From: an uncultured Clostridium sp.
Lineage (GTDB): Bacteria; Bacillota; Clostridia; TANB77; CAG-508
Length of the DNA: 64,000 nt
NCBI GenBank assembly: GCA_947245515.1
Contig: CAMXQV010000004.1
Location: 1,167-65,166 of the forward strand
Direction of reading: 5' to 3'
The notes below the pieces were generated by a model. That model did not search any database. It saw nothing but the letters and a program-made list of their open reading frames with translations, and was not told the DNA's origin. How positions within the stretch are numbered: the stretch's first letter is position 1; each line of letters opens with the position of its first letter. The position numbers were made by a program, and so were the translations under genes. Positions 27,814-36,519 of the stretch are shown piece after piece.

Positions 27814-28428
27814 ATGAAGAGAATAATTATAGCAATAAGTTGTGTAATTGTTGTTATAGGAGCAATATGTACAGCAATTGCAATAACTAACAGTAAGAAA
27901 GAAAATAATTATATACAAGAAATTGCAAAAGAAGAAGTTATTGAAGAGAATATTATAGATGATTGCACAGAGGAATATGAAGAAATGGAAAAAGAAAAAA
28001 ACATGGTACAAGCTAATGCAGAAGAGGAAGAAAAGGTTTCTCCAAATTGTTCTTTTACAAAAAAGACATATTATACAAAATGTGGACATACTGTTAGTAA
28101 TTATTTAGAATTACCTAAAGATATAGTAAATTTGACAAAAGAACAAGTAGCAAATAAGTATCAAGATTATAGTATAGAAGAATTTGCTAGTAATAAAATT
28201 GTTTTATTTAAACAAGTTGATGATAATTGTGGAGAACATTATCTTGTAAAAGATAATGAAGGTAAAGTAACAGTATACAAAATTTTAGAGGATGGCTCAC
28301 AAAGTTTATTTGAAGAAACTGATATTTATACAGAGTATTTGACTGATGAAGATAAAGAAAACATGAAAGAAGGAATAAGTATAAATGGTAAACAAGAATT
28401 AAATCAGTTAATTGAAGACTTTGAGTAA
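27814..28428 (+). CDS. Membrane-anchored protein with a BofC C-terminal-like domain
   Basis: An N-terminal TM segment is followed by IEEFASNKIVLFKQVDDNCGEHYLVKDNEGKVTVYKILEDGS...ETDI...L...EGISINGKQELNQLIEDFE. This resembles the BofC C-domain (recalled). Confidence 0.5.
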   Translation: MKRIIIAISCVIVVIGAICTAIAITNSKKENNYIQEIAKEEVIEENIIDDCTEEYEEMEKEKNMVQANAEEEEKVSPNCSFTKKTYYTKCGHTVSNYLELPKDIVNLTKEQVANKYQDYSIEEFASNKIVLFKQVDDNCGEHYLVKDNEGKVTVYKILEDGSQSLFEETDIYTEYLTDEDKENMKEGISINGKQELNQLIEDFE

Positions 28429-28431
28429 TAA

Positions 28432-28879
28432 ACAAATCTTGATTTTTAAGGTAGATGATTAAATATAGGAAAGAAAAATATCTAAAATATTTATTCAAAT
28501 TCTTGGCTACCTTACAAATATTAAGAAATTCTAATCATCTAAAATGAGCCTCTTTATAACGTTCAAAACTACACTATTATCCATTTAGAATAAATTACGA
28601 ATGCGACTGTAGTAGGCATACAAATTCTAAAACAAAAGTCATAAAGGGTCCTGTTTTCGGGTATAGTTGTGACTTTTGTTATAGAATTTGTTGACGTAAC
28701 GAAAGGTAGCCGAGAAATTTATGAGAAATGGATAATAGTGTAGTTTTGCCTTGAACATCCCTCATTTTATATGAAAAGAATTTCTAAATATTTTCCAGTT
28801 GCATTCGAATTTTCATAAATATTTTAGATATTTTCTTCCATTATATAAAATAAATACTCACTAAAAAATCAAGATTTGT
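28432..28879. repeat. ~450-bp imperfect palindrome (very long hairpin/cruciform-capable element)
   Basis: ACAAATCTTGATTTTT (28432-) pairs with AAAAATCAAGATTTGT (-28879). AAAACTACACTATTATCCATTT pairs with AAATGGATAATAGTGTAGTTTT. CAAATTCTAAAACAAAAGTCA pairs with TGACTTTTGTTATAGAATTTG. The centre is near 28655. Confidence 0.85.
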
Positions 28880-28963
28880 AGGACTTAGGCAGCTTAGGTC
28901 AATAGCTATTCCTGAATTATAAATTTCGCTTACAAAAAGTCGAAACTTGAAAACTTAAAAATA

Positions 28964-28992
28964 TTGACAGAAGAATCATTTCATGACATAAT
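28964..28992 (+). promoter_or_regulatory. Sigma-A promoter candidate for scpB
   Basis: TTGACA (28964-28969), a 17-nt spacer, then CATAAT (28987-28992). Confidence 0.5.
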
Positions 28993-29040
28993 ATATGCAT
29001 TGCAATTAATATATTTCAAGCTATTTAAGGAAGGAATAAA

Positions 29041-29652
29041 ATGGAGAACCACAAAATAAAATCAATAATAGAAGCAATACTATTCTCAGCAGGGAGACCA
29101 GTAGAAAAAAAAGAATTATTACTAAGTCTAGAAATATCAGTAGTAGAAATAGAAACAACAATAAAAGAAATGCAAAAAGAATGGCAAGAACAAGAAAGAG
29201 GAATAGAAATAATAGAGGTAGAAGATTCCTATCAACTATGTACAAAAAAAGAATTATATGAATACATATATCCAGTATTAGACAAAAGAAATAAACCTAA
29301 ATTATCAAATGCAGCCTTAGAAACACTGGCAATAATAAGTTACAATCCACGAATAACAAAGGCAGAAATAGAAGCAATACGTGGAGTATCAGCGGATGGA
29401 TGTGTATACAAACTATTAGAATATGGTTTAATAGAAGAAGCGGGAAAAGTAAAAGAACTACCAGGAAATCCAAGGTCATATATAACCACGCAAGACTTCT
29501 TAAAAATGTTTGGTTATAAAACTCTAAACGACTTGCCGAGACTACCAAAATTTAAATTAGATGAAAATAGGCAAATAGTAATAGATGACTTATTTGAGCA
29601 AAAAGAAATGGAAAAACAACAAATAGAACAAGAGAAAGAGGGAGAAATATGA
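29041..29652 (+). CDS. scpB: Segregation and condensation protein B
   Basis: IIEAILFSAGRPV...LSNAALETLAIISYNPRITKAEIEAIRGVSADGCVYKLLEYGLIEEAG...PGNPRSYITT. Confidence 0.9.
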   Translation: MENHKIKSIIEAILFSAGRPVEKKELLLSLEISVVEIETTIKEMQKEWQEQERGIEIIEVEDSYQLCTKKELYEYIYPVLDKRNKPKLSNAALETLAIISYNPRITKAEIEAIRGVSADGCVYKLLEYGLIEEAGKVKELPGNPRSYITTQDFLKMFGYKTLNDLPRLPKFKLDENRQIVIDDLFEQKEMEKQQIEQEKEGEI

Positions 29653-30929
29653 AATTATCACAAACAGGAATGAACACAGTAAAATTAACAAATATTGATG
29701 AAAGGTATCCAGGGCAAAGTATATTATTAAAAACAGGTCAATTGGTACAATATGGTGCAGGATTATTTGCATATAATACAGTTCCACTATTAGTAAGAAG
29801 AAATATAGAAAAAATAATAACAGAAACCTTAAATAAATATGGTTGTATAGAAGTATTATTACCAACACTACAACCAGATACAATATGGAAAAACTCAGGA
29901 AGATATAACCACTATGTAGATGAAGGAACAATGTTAATAACAGAATCAAACAAAGGAACTTTTTGTTTAGCACCAACAGGAGAAGAAGCTATTTTAGAAT
30001 TTGCAAGAGAAAAACTAAAATCTTATAAAAATTTACCAGTTACATATTATCAAATTGGAGAAAAATTTAGAAATGAAATAAGAACAAGAGGATATTTATT
30101 AAGAGGAAAATCTTTTCCAATGTTAGATGCATATAGCTTTGACCTTGATGAAGAAGGAATGGAGAAATCTTATGAAAATGCAAGAAAAGCCTTTTTAGAA
30201 ATTTTTGAAAAAATAGGAATGCCAGTAATACCAATTGTTGCAGATAATGGAGCAATGGGTGGAAAAAAATCAGAAGAATTTATGCTAATATCAGAACAAG
30301 GTGAAGATAAAATATTATATGATGAAGAAGTTGGAGTTGGATTAAATACAGAGATATTAGAAAGAGAAGACTACAAAGAATACTTACAACAAGAATACAA
30401 TATAACAGACATCTCAAAGTTTAAAGAAATAAGAACAATGGAATTGGGACACATATTCCAATTAGGAACTAGATATTCAGAAATTATGAAAGGAAAATAC
30501 ATAAACAAAGAAGGAAAAGAAGAGCTATATTATATGGGATGTTATGGAATAGGTGTTAGTAGAACCTTAGCAGCATTATATGAACAAAATATCATTAAGG
30601 ATGCAAAATGGGGACCTTGTGGATTTGTATTACCAGAAACAATTGCACCATATAAAATACAAATTATACCAAAGGTCGAAGATGACGCTAAAATGGAGCA
30701 AGCAAAAGAAATATATAATATTTTAAATAAGAAAGGAATACAATCAATTTTAGATGATAGAGAAAATATACAAATTGGAGCTAAAATAAGAGACTGTAAA
30801 GTACTTGGAACACCATATATGATTGTCCTAGGAGATAAGACAGATGGAAAAAAATTAGAATTAGAGAACAATAAAACAGGAGAAAAACAAAATATATCAA
30901 TAGAAGAAATAATTAAAAAATTTCAATAA
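29649..30929 (+). CDS. proS: Bacterial-type prolyl-tRNA synthetase lacking the INS editing domain (426 aa)
   Basis: LLKTGQLVQYGAGLFAYNTVPLLV. Motif 2 is FRNEIRTRGYLLRGKSFPMLDAYSF and motif 3 is GCYGIGVSRTLAALYE. There is a class IIa anticodon-binding C-terminus. Only ~125 aa lie between motifs 2 and 3. Confidence 0.75.
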   Translation: MKLSQTGMNTVKLTNIDERYPGQSILLKTGQLVQYGAGLFAYNTVPLLVRRNIEKIITETLNKYGCIEVLLPTLQPDTIWKNSGRYNHYVDEGTMLITESNKGTFCLAPTGEEAILEFAREKLKSYKNLPVTYYQIGEKFRNEIRTRGYLLRGKSFPMLDAYSFDLDEEGMEKSYENARKAFLEIFEKIGMPVIPIVADNGAMGGKKSEEFMLISEQGEDKILYDEEVGVGLNTEILEREDYKEYLQQEYNITDISKFKEIRTMELGHIFQLGTRYSEIMKGKYINKEGKEELYYMGCYGIGVSRTLAALYEQNIIKDAKWGPCGFVLPETIAPYKIQIIPKVEDDAKMEQAKEIYNILNKKGIQSILDDRENIQIGAKIRDCKVLGTPYMIVLGDKTDGKKLELENNKTGEKQNISIEEIIKKFQ

Positions 30930-30933
30930 AAAA

Positions 30934-31039
30934 TTAGAATTAAGATTTACTAAGATATAACTTAGTTACATACTATAAAAAGTTGATACTAAGAAGGATA
31001 CACAGAGCAAATTGTTAAAAAATCTTAATTCTTTTTTTT
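30934..31039 (+). terminator. Terminator-like stem enclosing a ~70-nt insert, followed by T8
   Basis: TTAGAATTAAGATTT (30934-30948) pairs with AAATCTTAATTCT (31019-31031), then T8. An inner hairpin is ACTAAG-ATATAA-CTTAGT. Confidence 0.4.
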
Positions 31040-31185
31040 ATATTCTATATAAAAAAATCATATCACTGTCGTTCTATTAGAATTCACTAAAAAAACACAA
31101 AGTAACAATAATAAGATAACAATATTAATATATGATTTGCATATACTAAGGTAAAGGAATTAATAAAAGAAAGAGATGATTTTGT

Positions 31186-31851
31186 ATGAAAAAAGCAAAA
31201 AAGGAAATAAATACAATCATAAAAATGGAAAACTTTATAGATTTTAATAAAGAAATAATAGAAAGTGACAAAACTTTTGAAAAATTAATGTTCATATATT
31301 CAATAGCAATAAAAGAATTAAAAACAAAAATAGAAATAATACAAGAAGAAGCAAAAATATTTAATAAATATAATTTAATTGACCATATTAATACAAGAAT
31401 AAAAACACATGAAAGTATAATAGAAAAAATGAAGAAGAAAAATTACGAGCTAACCTATCAAGCTATGATTGATAATATTAATGATCTTGCAGGCTTAAGA
31501 ATAATATGTCCAACAGAAAAAGATATCTTTACAATAAAAAATTTGGTTAAAAATATTCCAGGGATAAAAATAATAAAAGAAAAAGACTATGTTACATATC
31601 CTAAGAAAAGTGGATATTCTAGTTATCACTTAATAGTGGAAATACCAATAAATTTATTAGAAAATACAATATATGTTAAAGTAGAGATACAAATAAGAAC
31701 TATAGCAATGGATTTTTGGGCAAATTTAGAACATGAAGCAAAATATAAAACTAAAGTAGAAATTGATAAAAAAACCTCAAAAGAATGGGAAAAATGTGCA
31801 AAAATGATAAAAAAATTAGATAATCAAATGATAATTCTAAATAATTTATAA
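31186..31851 (+). CDS. Small alarmone synthetase (RelA/SpoT-domain GTP pyrophosphokinase, RelP/RelQ type)
   Basis: TRIKTHESIIEKMKKK...DLAGLRIICPTEKDI...KKSGYSSYHLIVEIP...VEIQIRTIAMDFWANLEH. Confidence 0.85.
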   Translation: MKKAKKEINTIIKMENFIDFNKEIIESDKTFEKLMFIYSIAIKELKTKIEIIQEEAKIFNKYNLIDHINTRIKTHESIIEKMKKKNYELTYQAMIDNINDLAGLRIICPTEKDIFTIKNLVKNIPGIKIIKEKDYVTYPKKSGYSSYHLIVEIPINLLENTIYVKVEIQIRTIAMDFWANLEHEAKYKTKVEIDKKTSKEWEKCAKMIKKLDNQMIILNNL

Positions 31852-31918
31852 AATTATATTGAAAAAACAAAATAATTAAAATATAATAAAAAGGTCATCA
31901 AACTAAGGAGGAAAAATA

Positions 31919-33319
31919 ATGGGAAAACAAGAGAAAAAAAAGAGTAAAGCAAAAATTTTTATTATAATATTTTTTATTATTTTAGTACTTATTATTGTAG
32001 GAACTGCTATATGGTATTTTGCAAAGCCCTTAAATCAAATGCAAGAAGAAAAAGAAGAAGCAGAAATAGTTACAGAAAAAAGACAAATAGTAATGAAAGT
32101 ACAAGCGAGATTAGTAAATTTAACAAACAAAGAAGGAAAAATAGATATAGAAAAACTAAATGATAGTTTATCAAAAATTGAAGGTCTTGAAAATTTTAAT
32201 AAAATAGAAGAATTACCAGCTATTATAATGGTAGATGGATATAGAGTAAAAATTGACGAAAATCTACAAGCAGATATAGTTGAAGAAGAAGCTAAGGAAA
32301 GTATTACTATACAAATTAAAGAAGGACAAGTAGCTAAAGAAAATAGCACAATAAATGGAAAGGAAAAAAGTTACAAAAATCCTATAATACCAAAAGGCTT
32401 TAAAGCAGTAAATACCGAAAAGGCTGTGTGGACAGATCCAAATGGATATCAAAATGGATTGGTGATAGAAGATGCAACAGGAGACGAAACAACAAATAAA
32501 AGTCAATTTGTTTGGATTCCAGTAAAAGCTTATGAAGATTTTCACTTAATAGAAGGATATAGTGATAAAAAATTATCTAAAATGTTAGATAATGGATTAA
32601 ATCCATCAAGAGAGTCTGGAAGCAGTGACAAAGAGCTATTGCCAGGAAAGCCAAAGAAAAATAATACAGTAATAGGAACAATAGAAAGTATAGAAATGTA
32701 TGAAAGTGTAAAAGAGAATGGAGGATTTTATATTTCTAGATATGAAGCAGGAATAGATGATGAGAGCAAAAAGAATATTCAAGATGGAAGTGTAAAACCA
32801 GTATCAAAAAAACAAAAGGTATGGAATAATATAGCATGGGGAGGAAGTACAGAAATAGAAGCAACAGATAAATTACAAGGGAAGGATGAAGCTCCAGGGG
32901 CAGTAAAAGTTGCAAGAAGTATGTATAATAACCCAATAATAGGAAATACAAATAAAAAAACGACAGTAAAAAGTACTTTGTGTTATGGAGTACAATGGGA
33001 CGCAGCTTTAAATTTCATAAATAGCTCATATGTAAAAGGTAAAGCAGAAGGATATATAAAAGATAGTACAAATAAAGGAAACTATGGAAATGAACTACAA
33101 GAAACAGGCATTAGTGAAAAATATATGAAAAACAATATATATGATTTAGCTGGAAATGTAAGTGAATGGACTATGGAAGCCTATGAGACAAAATATAGAG
33201 TATTACGTGGTGGAAATTATGAAGGAATAGCCAATATTACACCAGCGAGTACACGTTTTATCGAAGTTCCTTCAAAAAGTGCATCAGAAATAGGATTTAG
33301 AATTGCATTATATTTATAA
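31919..33319 (+). CDS. N-terminally anchored protein with a C-terminal FGE-sulfatase (SUMF1/DUF323) domain
   Basis: A TM anchor, then FVWIPV...ISRYEAG...NIYDLAGNVSEWT...RVLRGGNY...EIGFRIALYL. Confidence 0.7.
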   Translation: MGKQEKKKSKAKIFIIIFFIILVLIIVGTAIWYFAKPLNQMQEEKEEAEIVTEKRQIVMKVQARLVNLTNKEGKIDIEKLNDSLSKIEGLENFNKIEELPAIIMVDGYRVKIDENLQADIVEEEAKESITIQIKEGQVAKENSTINGKEKSYKNPIIPKGFKAVNTEKAVWTDPNGYQNGLVIEDATGDETTNKSQFVWIPVKAYEDFHLIEGYSDKKLSKMLDNGLNPSRESGSSDKELLPGKPKKNNTVIGTIESIEMYESVKENGGFYISRYEAGIDDESKKNIQDGSVKPVSKKQKVWNNIAWGGSTEIEATDKLQGKDEAPGAVKVARSMYNNPIIGNTNKKTTVKSTLCYGVQWDAALNFINSSYVKGKAEGYIKDSTNKGNYGNELQETGISEKYMKNNIYDLAGNVSEWTMEAYETKYRVLRGGNYEGIANITPASTRFIEVPSKSASEIGFRIALYL

Positions 33320-33345
33320 AATTGCAAATTAAGGTATAATTTTAA

Positions 33346-33490
33346 TTGACATAAGCAAGAATATAGAGTATAATAATACCAATAAGTAATGATCGGGATT
33401 TATTATTAAGTTATATATGAGTTAAGAGAATAAAAAAGGCCATATATAAATATCTAATAAAAAATTTGTGCATATAAAGCACAAATTTTT
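33346..33490 (+). ncRNA. Orphan consensus promoter plus terminator unit without an ORF (candidate ~110-nt sRNA)
   Basis: TTGACA (33346-33351), a 17-nt spacer, then TATAAT (33369-33374). The hairpin AAATTTGTGC-ATATAAA-GCACAAATTT (33462-33488) is followed by TT. Only 2-6 codon ORFs lie in between. Confidence 0.35.
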
Positions 33491-33633
33491 AACGTTGAAA
33501 AAAATATAGAAAGAAAAAACTTTAAATAACGATTAATTATAAAAAAACAAATAATAGAAAAACACAACAATTTTAGTAATAAAAATATTTACATTACTGA
33601 AATTATACTAAAAGGAGAGGAAAGAGATTAATT

Positions 33634-35520
33634 ATGAAAGAAGAGTTAGAAAAGCAAGAGGAAAAGAAAGAACAAATAAAAAAAACTAGAAGAAATACAA
33701 CAAGAACAAGAACAGTAAATAATAATAAGCAAAATGAAGAAGTCTCAATAATAAAGAAAGATAACACAGAAGAGAATAAAAAAACGACAAAAAGACCATA
33801 TAGAAGAAGGAACACAAAAACAAATAACAGAAATAACGAAAAAGAGAATACAATATTTAAAAAAACAAAACTAAAAATAATACCCTTAGGTGGCTTACAT
33901 GAAATAGGAAAAAACATTACAGCCTTTGAATATGAAAATGAAATAATAGTAGTTGATTGTGGTTTATCGTTTCCAGAAGACGATATGTTAGGAGTAGATT
34001 TAGTAATACCAGACATAACCTATTTAGAAAGAAATGTAGACAAAATAAAAGGGTTAATTATTACACATGGACACGAAGATCACATAGGAGCAGTGCCATA
34101 TTTATTGAAAAAAATAAATATCCCAATATATGCAACAAGGCTTACAGCTGGCCTAATTAGAAACAAATTAGAAGAACATAAACTACTAAGAAGTACAAAA
34201 TTAAAAGAAGTAATACAAGGTCAAATAATAAAATTAGGTAAAAAATTTGAAGTAGAATTTATAAGAAGTTCACACAGTATTCCAGATTCAGTAATGTTAG
34301 CAATAACAACACCAGTTGGTACAGTATTACACACAGGAGACTTTAAAGTAGACTATACGCCAATTGACGGAAAATTGATGGACTTTGGTAGAATTGCAGA
34401 ACTAGGAAATAAAGGAATATTAGCTTTAATGTCAGATAGTACAAATGCAGAAAGAAAAGGCTTCACAATGTCAGAAAGTTCAGTAGGAGAAGTTTTTGAC
34501 AAACTATTTTTACATTGTACTAAAAGAATTGTAGTAGCAACCTTTGCATCAAATGTGCATAGAGTACAACAAATTGTAAATTCAGCAGTAAAATATGGAA
34601 GAAAAATAGCAGTATGTGGAAGAAGTATGATTAATATGATACAAACTGCTAGAGAATTAGGATATATAGAATGTCCAGAAAACATTTTTATAGATATAGA
34701 TATGATAAAAAATTACACAGATGAACAATTAGTAATTATAACAACAGGAAGCCAAGGAGAAACAATGTCTGCATTAACTAGAATGGCGGCAGGGGACCAC
34801 AGAAAAGTAACAATAACACCAAATGATCTAGTAATAATTTCTGCAACTCCAATTCCAGGAAATGAAAAACTTGTATCTAAAGTAATTGATGACTTAATGC
34901 AAATTGGAGCAGAAGTAGTATATAGTGCCTTAGAAGATATACATGTATCAGGACATGCATGTCAAGAAGAACAAAAATTGATTTTGGCTTTATCTAAACC
35001 AAAGTATTTTATACCAGTTCATGGAGAATACAGACAATTAATTGCTCATAGCGAAACAGCTCAGAGCATGGGAATAGATAAAGATAATGTAATTATGCTT
35101 TCAAATGGTAGAGTTTTGGAAATAAACGAAAATAGTGCAGAATTTACTTATACAGTTCCAAATGGTAGAGTATTAGTTGATGGTTTAGGTGTAGGAGATG
35201 TAGGTAATATCGTATTAAGAGATAGACAACATTTGTCTCAAGATGGTTTAATTGTTATTGTATTAACTATGGATTCATCATCAGGTGAAGTAGTAGCAGG
35301 ACCAGATGTTATTTCAAGAGGTTTTGTTTATGTTAGAGAATCCGAAAATATAATGGATGATGTTAAATCAGTTGTAAGAAACGAAATTAGAAAGTGTGAA
35401 GAAAGAGGAATCCGTGATTGGTCAACGATTAAGTCAACAGTTAGAGAAAATTTAAGAGATTATATTTTCTCTAAGACAAAAAGAAATCCTATGATTATAC
35501 CAATTATAATGGAAATTTAA
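33634..35520 (+). CDS. rnj: Ribonuclease J with a ~70-aa basic N-terminal extension
   Basis: KIIPLGGLHEIGKNITAFEYENEIIVVDCG...ITHGHEDHIGAVPYLL...SHSIPDS...HVSGHA. The extension is K/R/N-rich. Confidence 0.9.
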   Translation: MKEELEKQEEKKEQIKKTRRNTTRTRTVNNNKQNEEVSIIKKDNTEENKKTTKRPYRRRNTKTNNRNNEKENTIFKKTKLKIIPLGGLHEIGKNITAFEYENEIIVVDCGLSFPEDDMLGVDLVIPDITYLERNVDKIKGLIITHGHEDHIGAVPYLLKKINIPIYATRLTAGLIRNKLEEHKLLRSTKLKEVIQGQIIKLGKKFEVEFIRSSHSIPDSVMLAITTPVGTVLHTGDFKVDYTPIDGKLMDFGRIAELGNKGILALMSDSTNAERKGFTMSESSVGEVFDKLFLHCTKRIVVATFASNVHRVQQIVNSAVKYGRKIAVCGRSMINMIQTARELGYIECPENIFIDIDMIKNYTDEQLVIITTGSQGETMSALTRMAAGDHRKVTITPNDLVIISATPIPGNEKLVSKVIDDLMQIGAEVVYSALEDIHVSGHACQEEQKLILALSKPKYFIPVHGEYRQLIAHSETAQSMGIDKDNVIMLSNGRVLEINENSAEFTYTVPNGRVLVDGLGVGDVGNIVLRDRQHLSQDGLIVIVLTMDSSSGEVVAGPDVISRGFVYVRESENIMDDVKSVVRNEIRKCEERGIRDWSTIKSTVRENLRDYIFSKTKRNPMIIPIIMEI

Positions 35521-35521
35521 T

Positions 35522-35572
35522 AAAATGCAGTAATACCAAGCTTTTGATAGCTTGGTATTACTGCATTTTATT
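35522..35572 (+). terminator. Rho-independent terminator of rnj
   Basis: A 20-bp perfect stem AAAATGCAGTAATACCAAGC / GCTTGGTATTACTGCATTTT. Confidence 0.7.
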
Positions 35573-35634
35573 AATTTGTTATTAACGCAGAAAGTTTTAG
35601 AAGGTTTTTTTCTTAAAATTTGTATTTAGAATTA

Positions 35635-35823
35635 CTATTTTTTTTTGGCTTCATTATAAGTAACCAATTTTATAGTTTCATTTTTCTCTTCTATAGATAT
35701 ATGAGTATAAATATCTTGACCCACATTTTCATTACTATGTCCAATTATTGAATTTATGATTACTTGTTTAACATTTTGCCATCGTAAATAAAAATTTATT
35801 ATCATAATTATAATATTTTTCAA
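35635..35823 (-). pseudogene. C-terminal remnant of a tyrosine recombinase/integrase
   Basis: VIINSIIGHSNENVGQDIYTHISIEEK resembles the LGHssi.tT.d.YsH tail that carries the catalytic Tyr. No upstream catalytic core is present. Confidence 0.45.
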
Positions 35824-35893
35824 ATATCTTTTTTATTTTTGTAGGAATTGTATAAAGAAATTAGTAAAAGCAGAAAAAAATATAAACGACATA

Positions 35894-35939
35894 TTGACAT
35901 ATTCCACTTGTGGAAGTATAATATATTCTACAAGTGGAA
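35894..35939 (+). promoter_or_regulatory. Consensus sigma-A promoter overlapped by a 10-bp inverted repeat (probable PadR operator)
   Basis: TTGACA (35894-35899), a 17-nt spacer, then TATAAT (35917-35922). TTCCACTTGT (35902-35911) pairs with ACAAGTGGAA (35930-35939). Confidence 0.6.
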
Positions 35940-35961
35940 TATATTATATGAGGTGATTAAA

Positions 35962-36519
35962 TTGTTAAAACATGGAATATTAGGATTACTTAATTATGAA
36001 GATATGACAGGATATGATATAATGAAGTTTTTTAAAGACTCTTTAAGTTTTTTCTGGACAGCTCAAACTAGTCAGATTTATAGAGAACTCCAAACTTTAA
36101 AAAAGAAAGGATGGGTAATTGATAAAAATGTCACTAAAAAAAATAAATTAAATAAAAAAATTTTTTCGATTACCGAGAAAGGAAAAAACGAATTAAGGAG
36201 ATGGCTTTCGGAAGAAGATACTGGTTTTGAAAAAAGATGTTCCATTTTAATGAAAACTTTTTTTAGAGGAGAAAAATCAATTGAACAAAATATAGAATTT
36301 TTTAAAAATGTGAAAAAAGATAGTAAGGGAATTATTTCAGATAAACAAGTACCTTTAGAAAATGTTGAAAATTATTCCAAGAGGATGAAAGATCCTAAAA
36401 TAGCTATTTATTGGAAAATGACAATTGAATATGGAGTTATGTATATGAATATGCTAAATGAATGGTCAAATAAATGTATATCAGAGTTGGAGGAATTAAA
36501 AAATGAAGAAATGGATTAA
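35962..36519 (+). CDS. PadR-family transcriptional regulator
   Basis: LKHGILGLLNYEDMTGYDIMKFF...SQIYRELQTLKKKGWV. The TTG start at 35962 lies 5 nt after a GAGGTGA RBS. Confidence 0.8.
   Translation: MLKHGILGLLNYEDMTGYDIMKFFKDSLSFFWTAQTSQIYRELQTLKKKGWVIDKNVTKKNKLNKKIFSITEKGKNELRRWLSEEDTGFEKRCSILMKTFFRGEKSIEQNIEFFKNVKKDSKGIISDKQVPLENVENYSKRMKDPKIAIYWKMTIEYGVMYMNMLNEWSNKCISELEELKNEEMD

Noticed and set aside
35848-35961. 38-codon N-terminal extension of the PadR ORF
   Set aside because: It covers the consensus promoter and operator. The PadR wHTH begins at LKHGILGLL, and a TTG with a GAGGTGA RBS fits that start.
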